Shown here in pieces: positions 36,200 to 47,170 of a DNA stretch of 64,000 nucleotides. Source of the stretch: Podarcis muralis (lineage: Eukaryota); the NCBI RefSeq assembly GCF_964188315.1, contig NC_135667.1:27156001-27220000 (forward strand). The letters run 5' to 3'. The notes beneath the pieces are model-generated. The model saw only the letters and a program-made list of their open reading frames with translations. It was not told the origin of the DNA and searched no databases. Both the position numbers and the translations under genes were made by a program. Each line of letters begins with the position of its first letter. Position 1 is the first letter of the stretch.

Positions 36200-37170
36200 A
36201 AAAAGAAAAAGGACCCCCGGCAGCGACCCTAAGCAAGGGAGCATAAGGAGGAATCCCCACCCCACGCCCTCATTGAGCAAAGCCCGCAGATCGCAAAGCG
36301 GCGCCTTTCGGGAGAAGGGGGAGGGATCGCGCTTGCGCACTTCCCTCGGAACGCAGGTAAGGAAAGAGGGGATCTCCTGGAACCCGCGAATCCTTCGGCG
36401 GGATTAGGCGAAGGCGAGCCTTGGTTAGAGAGGAGCCCAAATTTCAAAGGTCCTCCGGAAGACCCGCCCTTCGCCGCGGCAGTCTGGGGCGTTGAGGAGG
36501 ATCCGCTGTGGTGCCTCTGTCTGGGGTTTTTTTGGGGGGGATGTCGCCATCCCGGGGTAAAGGGGTGCCTGCTGTCCGAAAGAGAAATGGATCCCGATAT
36601 TGGGGGATGATAGAAGCGGGGAGGGGGCGTGCCGGATCCTTGAAGCGATCCTTACCCAATGCATTAAAAAAGAAATAACTTTTGCAAGCGTTTGTTTGTG
36701 CAGACAAATGCTCCCTCTTTGGATCAGCAACAGCGATGGCAGACGCAGGCGGAAGAGCAATGCAGATTTGGAGGGAGGGAGTGGGGGGGGGTCAGGCAGC
36801 TGCCTCCCTCCCTCCAAGCCTAACAGTGAGTGTGGGGAGGGGAGGGGGGTCTGATCTCGATCTCTCTTTCTCCCGCCTCCCTTCCAATTTATTAGGATGG
36901 AGGAGAGTGGGAAGGTCAAGCCGCGGTTGCCACTGAACTGGGAAGAAAGTTGCCGCGCAGCAGCAGAAAAGGGCGCCTGGTCCGCCGGGGTAGCGCTGGT
37001 CCAAAGAGTCAAAATCCTGTGTTTTTGTATTTTTCTTATTTCCCCATAACAAACACACATACACAAATAAAAAAGGGCGTAGCCAGGATTTATTTAGGGG
37101 GGGTGGGCAGCGTTTATGTTGGGCGGAGGGGGCGGAACCAAGCTATTTGCGATGCAATTGGTCAGTTAAG
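36200..37170. promoter_or_regulatory. CpG-island promoter region
   Basis: CpG-dense non-repeat sequence. NRF1-like GCGCTTGCGCA at 36329-36339, ETS CACTTCC at 36338-36344, GC boxes at 37121-37136, CCAAT (ATTGG) at about 37157. + strand donors CAG|GTAAGG at 36357 and ACA|GTGAGT at 36826. Confidence 0.65.
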
Positions 37171-38417
37171 CACTGACCCCCACCCCCGATTACGCCCATG
37201 CACACAAACACAGTACTGGAACTTAGTATTGCTTCTTGATCACAAGACAGCAGGGGCTGAGGAGTCCCCCTCTGGGGACAGAATCAATTCCTCACCTTTC
37301 CCCTGGCAGCTCTTTAAACGGCCTAAGGTCCTGCCAGCACTGAGGGAGATTGTAGCCTACCCACCACCTGCCTTGACACACTCCTGGAGAAATAGGAAGG
37401 GGAAGCTCCCTGTTCCTTCTGGAATCATCACTTTATCCCCTGTTCCCTATACAGTGGTACCTCGGGTTACATATGCTTCAGGTTACATATGCTTCAGGTT
37501 ACAGACTCCGCTAAACCAAAAATAGTGCCTCGGGTTAAGAACTTTGCTTCAGGATGAGAACAGAAATCGTGCTCCGGCGTCAGCTGGAGGCCCCATTAGC
37601 TGAAGTGCCTCCAGACTCTCTGTGTGTCGCGGGAGGGATTCCTGCATAAATTTAGGTACGCTGTCCTGGTGCAAGAAATCCTGCTCAAAAATGAATAAAA
37701 ATGGATCTTCTGCGGTTAGGGACAATGTAATGCACTGAGAAGTGTGGGATGAGCAAATGATGAATGGGAAGGCATGTAAACACACTAGGAGTAAACAGGC
37801 ATGGGGCAAGAGTAGCTGGAAAATCAAACTGTGGAGAAGCAAACTGGTTTGTTTGATCAACTATGAGACAACTTGCGGTTTGTGAAACAAACCATGGCTT
37901 ACCATTAAGACAGACCAATATGCTCCTTTATAATGTGTTTTTGCTAACATTTTACCATATGTTGTCCACACCAGTGGGCACAGTAGGACAAGAAGTAGCC
38001 AGGTTTCACCTTGATATACCATTGCCCACATAATTTGTTTGTTTTACAGCAGAAGTGTGCAATTCTTAGACTCACAGAATTGTAGAGTTAAGTCATCTAG
38101 GACTCAGCTACATTAGTAAAAAAAAACTGCACTTTGAATGCGTTATAAACATGCAACACTAGATGGTGCTGCAAAATTATCTTCGCAATTTTCCATTGCG
38201 GGGTTCCCCCCCCTTTTGTTATAATGATTTAATTTCTGACTTATTTATTGCAGGGGTTTTCCCCCTTTGTGTAGATCCACCCCTATTCTAACCCGCTGCA
38301 ATGCAGGAATCTCAACTGAAGCATCCATGACAGAAGGTCACCCAACCTCTGCTCAAAAACCTCCTTTGTTCAACGTTGCTCCTGTGACTTCCAACACTGT
38401 TCCACTCCTTGCGCAGC

Positions 38418-39139
38418 ATGGAACCTCATGTGTTGCTCCAGCTGCTGAAGTTACACCTTGAGGTATTGGTTGCGGTGCTCCACTCAGCCATCAGCCGATG
38501 CAACGCCTATCTTATGAGTATCAGAAGGCGGCAGAGGAGGAGAGTGCTGATAGGGCGGGCGATTCAGAACCACATCTTGAGGACTAGGCGCATCATTCAG
38601 AGGAGGAGGAGCTGCAGACATATGGTTCCTATTGTCACCTTGTTGGAAAGCGGGCCAAAATTGCGGCGCTGGTGGGTCTGCCCCACCAAGCAGCATTGGT
38701 GGGAGCGTTCCATGTTGGGGACCCGGGACGACGAAACGTGGATCGAGAGCTTCCAGATGAGCCGAGGGACCCTCTTCGAAATTGCGGACGTCCTCCGACC
38801 CCAGCTCCAGAGGCAGAGAACTATCATGCGGGAAGCCATCCCCGTCGAGAAGCGGGTCGCTATCGCCGTGTGGTGGCTCTCTAATCTGAAGTGCTACCGC
38901 GAAGTTGCCGCGCAGTTTGGAGTCGGGAGGTCGACGGTGGGAGAGATCGTTCTGGAGGTGTGCTTTGCCATCAAGCACCTGCTCGTCCAGAAGACAATCT
39001 ATTTGGGCGACTACTGGAAGGTAAAGTTTTTTTAAAACGTGTTTTTAAAAAAGTTGCTGCAGTTGCACAGCTTCAAACTAACACCGCTGTGCCACACTGC
39101 TGCATTGTCTGGAGGGTGCGTGAGTGTGTTAAGTTGCAC

Positions 39140-39173
<34 letters not shown>

Positions 39174-39192
39174 GATAGATAGATAATTTTTC

Positions 39193-39231
<39 letters not shown>

Positions 39232-41218
39232 TTTTCTGTTTTACAATTTCAAATACTCATTTTACATCCTTAAGATATCAACGACTTCCCTTTTTCTCTT
39301 TCCATGCTTCATTTTACATATCTTAAATGTGTGGTGTAGTGGTTAAGAGCGGTAGTCACGTAATCTGGGGAACCGGGTTCGCGTCTCCGCTCCTCCACAT
39401 GCAGCTGCTGGGTGACCTTAGGCCAGTCACACTTCTCTGAAGTCTCTCAGCCCCACTCACCTCACAGAGTGTTTGTTGTGGGAGAGGAAGGGAAAGGAGA
39501 TTGTTAGCCACTTTGAGACTCCTGAAGGGGAGTGAAAGACGGGATATCAAATCCACTCTTCTTCTTCTTCCTTGCATACTTTAACAAAAACTACACCAAT
39601 CGGTATTCCATTACTTCATCCATCAAAACTTACTGTTGAACTTATCTTAACGCTGCCAGCGTTTTCAGCTATACTGTACACTATTATTTTCCATATATTC
39701 AATAAACTTTTTCCAATCTTCTTTAAACGTATGTTTATAGTTATAGGTAAAAAGTTGGACAGATGGCAAGAATAATATCGATAGCGTAAGAACATATGCT
39801 AATTGATATTATTCTTGCCATCTGTCCAACTTTTTACCTATAACTATATGGGGCAATTGCCATTGTATCTGTGGGCACTTATGGAGTAGTCAATGTAGCA
39901 AAATGTTGCTTTCTTTGACATTTTCATCCCACCTTCCCAGATATAAAATCTTCCTTAGGCAGCTTACTATCATCATCATCCCCACCTTTTCCTCAGACTG
40001 GGACTCAAGGCAGCTTACAGATAATATAGTTATACAGATAAAACTTCAATATACATTAATAAAATTAATGTAAGCATGAAAACATAACAGTTGCACAGTG
40101 TCAGAATACCACTTGCTGAAATCCTGTTGGTGACCTGCCATGTTTTATATTATGTGGAAGAGATTTCCCATACAAAACGACTGAATTGTTCGAAACTGCA
40201 TGGGTTGCTGAGGTGGGACGGAATAATTTGGGAACATGGGGCAGAAAGTCTCATATATTTGCATTGTAGTTTATATGGAATGTACCTGTTTCCTGAACAG
40301 TGTTTTTCTGTTTTGCACTTGCAATGCAAAATTAGTAAAAAAAGACTTACACAGCACAAAAATAACACAGCTTGCTACTATGCCATATTACTGTGACTTT
40401 TTTAGGACATCGTGGGTGTTCTGTGTGGACATTTTTGGGGTGAAATTGTTGGCACAACAACAAAACTACTGTTTTAAAATTTACTACTTCTTTGTTGCCG
40501 CTTACAGATCATGGATGGTTTCAGGAAGATGGGATTCCCTCACTGCGTTGGCGCGATGGACTTGACGCATCTGTCCATAATAGCTGCTACGGGTCCGGGA
40601 GACGAGTGCAACAAGCCAAAGAACTTCTGTTCCATTCTGCTTCAAGGGACAACCGACCACACTGGCCGTTTTACTAACATTGAAGTGGGATGGAGCGGGA
40701 AGAAACACGACGACGTGCAGATCTTCCGCAAATCTGCGCTGTGCCAGGCCATGGACGAGGGCACCTTTGTCCCGGGGAACCCAACTATCAACATGCAAGG
40801 TGTGGAGATCCCACCTCTGATACTTGCCCATAGCACCTACCCTATGCGGAAGTGGCTCATGAAGCCCTATGGAGGCCCCTTGGACCAGAGGAAGACCATC
40901 TACAATAGGACTTTCAACCACTGCCACAGCGTGGTCCAGCAGGCCTTTGGCAGGCTCAAGGCAAGGTGGCGTTGCCTCACGGCGAGGCTGCCAGTGGCAG
41001 AGGAGAACGTTTTGGCAGTGGTCACCGCGTGTGTCGTGCTGCACAATATTTGTGAGACCAAGGGGCACGTCGTTCCTGAAGGTGTGGACATCTCTGAGCA
41101 CGTACTGTTGGCAGCATATAACGAGGACTGCCATTCCTACGAAACCAGCAGTGAGTCGGGAGGCGAGGAGGTGCGCAATGCGATCTCACATTACCTGGCA
41201 GGAAATACTGAATGCTGA
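38418..41218 (+). CDS. PIF/Harbinger transposase-derived protein (HARBI1/ALP1-like fold), 2 coding exons, 437 aa, catalytic triad degenerate
   Basis: Exon 38418-39020 (strong Kozak agcATGG; SFQMSRGT, AIPVEKRVAIAVW, YREVAAQFGVGRSTV helix-turn-helix region) splices in phase 0 (TGGAAG|GTAAAG ... cttacAG|ATCATG) to 40508-41218 (GFPHCVGAMDLTH, GWSGKKHD, YPMRKWLMKPY, AFGRLKARWRCL, ACVVLHNICE). No stops or frameshifts. Confidence 0.88.
39140..39230. repeat. (GATA)n microsatellite
   Basis: Direct reading. Confidence 0.95.
39230..39735 (-). mobile_element. L1-type 3' fragment split by a SINE, inside the Harbinger-derived gene intron
   Basis: Similar to the 5500-5780 3'UTR; resumes after the SINE at about 39575. 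Confidence 0.7.
39329..39570 (+). mobile_element. tRNA-derived SINE (Squam1-like); second copy at 55159-55410
   Basis: GTGTGGTGTAGTGGTTAAGAG head; shared body; (CTT)n / (CTC)n tail. Confidence 0.8.
39736..39848. repeat. perfect 44-bp inverted repeat with a 25-nt spacer
   Basis: 39736-39779 is the exact reverse complement of 39805-39848. Confidence 0.95.
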
Positions 41219-41527
41219 GATCTGGACTTTGCATTTCAGTGTGTTTTGCATTTATTTTGTAAATATAATTGCCTTGGTTACACTCACGCGTTTCATTTGT
41301 GTGTACGCCATCTACACTCGTTGAGTAAAGCTCAGGTTAATGAAGCCAGATCCCCTTCCCTTCATTCCTAAAATTCCATATTTTGCATTTTTCTGTTTTT
41401 AAAAAATCATTACAGTTCATACCATTTGCACAACTTGAATTAACATGTTGCTGCCATAAAGATGAATGTTAAGTGCACATACAACCTGCTTCGCCCCCAC
41501 CCTAAAACTCGTAATACTACCTCCCCA

Positions 41528-42439
41528 ATGGAACCTATGACACAGGCACTGCTTAAAATAAATCAATCCCTTGAGGCCTTAACAAAGCAATCAGCAGAAA
41601 ATTCAAAGAAATTGACAGAACTTACAGCAAGATTGGATTTGAATACCACATCAGTGGCAACAAATACAGAATCTATAAATAGACTGATTCAGGAATCTTC
41701 AGAAACAAGGAAAATTGCAGAGAGTGCAAAATCTGTCGCAGGTGAGACACAGGAAAGACTTGTGCCGATTGAGAAAAAGGTGAATGAGCATGAAGCGGCC
41801 CTCTCCTTACTGGAATTACAACGGAAAGAACGAAATCTGAAATTTAGACAGGTTCCAGAGAAAGAAGAGGACAATCTGGCGGAATTTCTCACAGAGGCAA
41901 TTCTGGAAAATTGGCAAGGAGATCTGGAGGAAGATGAAGTGGGGATAACAACTGCTTTCAGACTTGGTAGAAAGCAAAGCAAGAAGTCAAGGGATTGTCT
42001 GATCACCTTTAGAACCAAAGAGGAAAGAGACAAGATACTGAACCTTCACTATCAAAAAGCTTTGGTGATTGGAAACATTCAAGTCCAAATCTTTAAGGAC
42101 ATCCCTAAATACATCTTGGAAGTGAGGACTTTTTATAGAGATCTTGCCAATTTGCTGAGGAAGAACTTCATACCCTTCAGGTGGGAATTCCCACAGGGGT
42201 TGTCCTTTAACTACAAAGGGAGGAAAGTAAGAATAAGAACAGTACAGGAGAAAGAGTACTTTTTGGAGAGAAACCTAGAGGACCTACAGAAAGGTACGGT
42301 GGATCCGGGAAGAGAAGGACAAGGATTAACATCAGAAGGAGGAGGGCTAACGGACATTGCAAATCTATCATTTGGACTACCACAACTGCCAACTGAAGAG
42401 GAAGAAAAACTTGGAGCAGTCGGAGGATCAAACATCTAA
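41528..42439 (+). CDS. L1 ORF1p (coiled-coil + RRM + CTD), 303 aa from the first ATG inside the element
   Basis: Heptad-like N-terminus; RKERNLKFRQVPE, AFRLG, LITF and QIFKDIP motifs typical of L1 ORF1. Confidence 0.85.
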   Translation: MEPMTQALLKINQSLEALTKQSAENSKKLTELTARLDLNTTSVATNTESINRLIQESSETRKIAESAKSVAGETQERLVPIEKKVNEHEAALSLLELQRKERNLKFRQVPEKEEDNLAEFLTEAILENWQGDLEEDEVGITTAFRLGRKQSKKSRDCLITFRTKEERDKILNLHYQKALVIGNIQVQIFKDIPKYILEVRTFYRDLANLLRKNFIPFRWEFPQGLSFNYKGRKVRIRTVQEKEYFLERNLEDLQKGTVDPGREGQGLTSEGGGLTDIANLSFGLPQLPTEEEEKLGAVGGSNI

Positions 42440-42447
42440 CAAACAAA

Positions 42448-45400
42448 ATGTCTCTGCAACTTCTAAGCTGGAATTGCAACGGTTTGAACCATCCCAGAAA
42501 AAAACGACAGGTTTTCCACATTTTGAAAAGGGAACAACTGGATCTGATATGTCTATAGGAAACTCACATAACTAGAGCACACAGGAAATTGTTGGTGAAC
42601 AAAAGACTGGGACAAGAATTTATATCTTCCGATAAAGTAAAAAAGAGAGGAGTAGTGATTTATGCAAAGGAAAAATTGGACCCAAAGCTAAAATTTAAGG
42701 ATGAAGAAGGAAGATACCTGGCAATTGAAGTACAGATCCAGGGGGAAAAATATTTGATAATTGGAGTATATGCACCAAATGATGGGAAGGCAGAATTTTT
42801 TAAGAAGTTGCATGAGACCTTACTAGATTATCTCGACTGCAAAATAATAATGATGGGGGACATGAATGGAGTGGTTTCTACAAATATGGACAAGGCACAA
42901 AGACAGACAATATCTAAAGAAGGAAGATTACCAAAGACTTTCTTCGAGATGACGGAAAATATGGACTTGATTGATATCTGGAGAACAAAGAATCCTCTCG
43001 AGAGAGAGGGAACTTTTTTCTCGGAATCTAAAATGACATGGACGAGAATCGACCAAATCTGGGTATCTAGTGTGATGGCTACAAAGATTAAAAAAGTAGA
43101 AATCTGCCCAAAAACCTGCTCCGACCATAATGCCGTAAAGATGGAAATGAAAATGACAACAACTGGATCCTTTAGATGGAGAATGAATGACTCCCTATTT
43201 AGAGATGAACAATTCTGTATAAAGGCCCTAAAGACATTGAAAGATTACTTCGAGATAAATTTGAGAACAGATGTGGAAAAAAGAACAATTTGGGACGCAA
43301 GTAAAGCCGTGATGAGAGGCTTCCTGATACAACAGAATTCAATCAAGAGGAAAAAGCAAAATGAAAGGAAAGAAAGAATTTTAGAAAAAATGAAGGAAGG
43401 AGAAAAGAAACTGAGGTCAAAACCAAAGTCTCAAGAAATTTTGAGAGAAATAAAATATTATCAGACGCAATATATGGAACTGACAAATCAAGAGATAGAA
43501 TGGAAAATTAAACAAATGAGACAAAGGACTTTTGAGTCTGCAGATAAGTGTGGGAAGCTCCTTGCATGGCAATTGAAAAAGAGACAAAAATTGAACACAG
43601 TTACTTGTTTGGAGATAGAGGGAAAGAATGTTCATAAGCCAAATGAGATAAGTAACTGTTTCCAAAGTTTTTTTAGGAAATTATACACACAAGGGCCAGT
43701 AAATGAACAAGAAATAGAAGAATTTCTTAAAAATTATGGACTACCGAAAATTCCAGAACAGGGCAAGTTGATTTTGAATGAGAAAATAACAGAACAGGAA
43801 ATAGAGGAGGCCATTCAAAAGGCACAACTGGGAAAGTCTCCAGGACCAGACGGACTGACGGCTAGATATTATAAAGCTTTGAGAGAAGGTTTAGTGCAAC
43901 CACTAAAAGAAGTTTGCAATGAAATATTGGAGGGGAAAAAGGCACCTGAAACGTGGAAAGAGGCTTTTATCTCACTTATACCAAAGACCGAGACTGAAAA
44001 GACCCAGGTTAAGAACTACCGCCCGATATCATTATTAAATGTGGATTACAAAATTTTTGCAGACATTTTAGCAAAAAGACTGAAGAAAGTATTGACAGGT
44101 GAGATTCATAAGGATCAATCTGGCTTTCTCCCGGGTAGACACATGTCTGACAATGTGAGGAACATAATAGACATTGTGGAATTGTTGGAAATGAACATTA
44201 ACAGAAAAGCGGCTTTGATTTTTGTGGACGCGGAGAAAGCCTTTGACAATATTTGTTGGAGTTTTATGAAAAAGAATCTCCAAGGGATGGGGGTAGGCCA
44301 AGGTTTTGAAAATGGTATAGGTGCAATCTATTCTGAGCAGAAGGCAAAGCTAATTGTGAACAATGTGGTAACAGAAGAGATAGCCATAGAGAAAGGAACA
44401 CGACAGGGATGTCCTATTTCCCCCCTACTTTTTATACTGGTTCTGGAGGTTTTGTTAAATATGATTAGAAAGGACCAGTTGGTTAAAGGAATTCAGGTCG
44501 GAGTGAAAGAGTATAAATTAAGGGCATTTGCAGATGACCTAGTTTTGACTTTGCAACAGCCAATCACTAGCACAAAAAGAGTTTTAGAACTGATCGAGAT
44601 ATTTGGTCAAGTTGCAGGATTTAAGCTGAACAAACAAAAAACTAAAGTTTTGGAAAAAAACCTAACAAATGAAGAAAAAGAGACATTCCAGAATGAAACT
44701 GGTTTGGAGATAGCAAAAAAAGTGAAGTACCTGGGGGTGAATTTGACATCGAAAAATGTGAATCTTTTTAAAGACAATTATGATAAATGTTGGACAGAAG
44801 TTAAGAAAGATTTAGACATATGGTCAAGGCTGAAACTTTCCTTGTTAGGCAGAATTGCTGTTATCAAAATGAATGTATTGCCTAGAATGTTATTTCTGTT
44901 TCAGACATTACAAATAATAGACAAGATGGACTGTTTCAAGAGGTGGCAGAAAGACATATCGAAATTTGTTTGGCAGGGCAAAAAGCCAAGAATAAAATTT
45001 AAGACATTAACAGATGCGAAAGATAGAGGGGGTTTTGCCCTGCCGGACTTAAGACTCTACTATGAATCAGCAGCGTTTTGCTGGTTGAAAGATTGGCTGC
45101 TCCTCGAGAATACAGACATTTTGGACCTTGAAGGATTTGACAACAGATTTGGTTGGCATGCATATATATGGTATGACAAGGTAAAATTGCATAAAGGTTT
45201 TAAGAACCATATGGTGAGGAAAGCTCTGTATAATGTTTGGATTAAGTATAAAGACCTGTTTGAAAGTAAAACCCCCAGGTGGTTGTCACCAATGGAAGCA
45301 AAAGAGGTGAAAAAATTGAATATGGGTTCTAATTGGCCTAAATATTGTGAAATTATAGAACAAGATGGTGAAAATGTAAAATTGCAGAGTTTTGAGAAAC

Positions 45401-46182
45401 TGAAATTTAAGGTGAGAGATTGGTTACATTATCGACAGATAAATGAAGTATTTAAACAGGACAGAAAGAAAGGCTTCCAGGTGGAGAAGTCAAAATTAGA
45501 AACAGAACTGTTAGAACCCAATACTAAAAATTTGTCAAGAATGTACAACTTGCTGTTGAAATGGAATACTCAAGATGAAATGGTGAAATCTAATATGATT
45601 AAATGGGCACAGGACATTGGGCATGACATTGAATTTGCAGACTGGGAGCAGTTATGGACCACTGGTGTTAAATTTACGGCATGCAATGCCTTAAAAGAAA
45701 ACATTATGAAAATGATCTACAGGTGGTACATGACTCCTGCTAAGTTAGCAAAGATCTATCATTTGCCCAATAACAAGTGTTGGAAGTGCAGTGAAACGGA
45801 GGGAACCTTCTATCACCTTTGGTGGACCTGCCCGAAGATTAAGGCTTTCTGGGAAATGATCTATAATGAAATAAAAAAAGTTCTGAAGAGAACGTTTGTT
45901 AAAAAACCAGAGGCCTTTCTCTTGGGTATGGTGGGCCAAATGGTGCCAAAGAAGGATAGGACATTTTTTATGTACGCCACCACAGCAGCAAGAATTCTTC
46001 TAGCAAAGTATTGGAAGACGCAAGATTTACCCACATTGGAAGAATGGCAGACGAAGGTGATCGACTATATGGGACTGGCAGAGATGACTGGCAGAATTCG
46101 AGACCGGGGGAAAGAGGCGGTGGATGAAGACTGGAACAAATTCAAAGTTTATCTTAAAAACTGTTGTAATTTGGAAAATTAG
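42448..46182 (+). pseudogene. L1 ORF2p (endonuclease-reverse transcriptase), 1244 codons with one premature stop (Q37*)
   Basis: ATG at 42448 (MSLQLLSWNCNGLN); TAG at 42556-42558 in CL*ETH (expected LQETH); otherwise open to 46182. Confidence 0.92.
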
Positions 46183-46930
46183 GGGCTCAGAGTTATAAGA
46201 GATAAAGAACTACAGTTGTATTAATAATTAACTGAAGTTAAATACATGAAATATACTTAAGTTATGATCAGAGGGTTGCTAAAAAATCTTGAAACAAGAA
46301 TGCAGGAAAGGGGTGGTATGGGGAAGTCATGTTTTTGTTTGTTTATGTCTATGTTTTTGTTTTGTTTATTCTTTATTTATGGAAAACTAATAAAAATTTA
46401 TTATAAAAAAAAAAAAAACTCGTAATACTACCTCCCCACAATAGCAAGACATCTGCCCCCAGATGTACAAACAAACAACAACAGCTTCCCTGTGAAAAAA
46501 TAACAGACAAGTTAACGAAGGTATTGAAACACACTGCCCCTTCCTCCTGCTCTAGGGAAGGGCTCTGATTAAGCCATCTCCTCTGACCCCTTAGCACCAT
46601 GGTGACTGAAACACAACCAGCTGGAGGAAGGAGAGGAGTTGCTTTAATTCCGCACTCCAAATCACAGTTTTTAAGGCGAATGATTCCTTAGAATGTAGCC
46701 CTCTTTAGGTGCTAATGGTCCATGGAATGACTCACTCAGGATAGCTCTGTGAGCGTAATGGTAGTGTGGGGATTGGAACTCGGGTTTCTCTGGTCCAAGT
46801 ACCACACACTGGCTAGCCATGCATTTGTTTTCCGTTTAATCAAGCAATCTAAAGACTTGAGGGGGAAAAGGCAGGTTCTTGAATTCCAAAGTTGGGTATG
46901 TGAGGGGTGAGACAACCCAAAACCTAATTA

Positions 46931-47170
46931 CAGTGGTACCTTCGTTTAAGACCAGCTTAGTTTATGAACAACTTGGATTAAGAACGCTGCAAACCCGGAA
47001 GTAGGTGTTTTGGTTTGTGAACTTTGCCTTGGAAGCAGAACATGTTGAGTGTGTTGCATTTGTAAATTGAGTCCCCCGCTGCTATGGGAAAGCACGCCTT
47101 GGTTTAAGAACGCTTTGGTTTAAGAACGGACTTCCGGAATGGATTAAGTCCATAAACCAAGGTACCACTG
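46931..47170. mobile_element. Tigger-like MITE
   Basis: CAGTGGTACCTT / AAGGTACCACTG TIRs; TA flanks. Confidence 0.85.

Larger units (their letters stand above)
41528..46414 (+). mobile_element. near-full-length L1-clade LINE (5'UTR missing)
   Basis: 24-bp TSD AAAACTCGTAATACTACCTCCCCA at 41504-41527 and 46415-46438. ORF1, ORF2 (APE, RT FADD, C-terminal CWKC...HLWWTC), AATAAA and poly(A) tail. Confidence 0.96.

Noticed and set aside
36425-37525. ORFs of 190-213 aa in the CpG island
   Set aside because: GC-driven open frames with no domain features; better explained as promoter or UTR.
38418-41218. Assignment as HARBI1
   Set aside because: Longer (437 aa) than HARBI1 as I recall it (about 350 aa), the triad is degenerate, and the neighbourhood is ORs; orthology is unsupported, so no symbol is given.
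41462-41527. 22-aa N-terminal extension of L1 ORF1 in the ORF track
   Set aside because: Lies in flanking DNA and the TSD, outside the element; chance in-frame ATG.
42556-42558. Programmed read-through or recoding of the ORF2 TAG
   Set aside because: It replaces the conserved Gln of LQETH by a single C>T change; simple mutation or error is more parsimonious.
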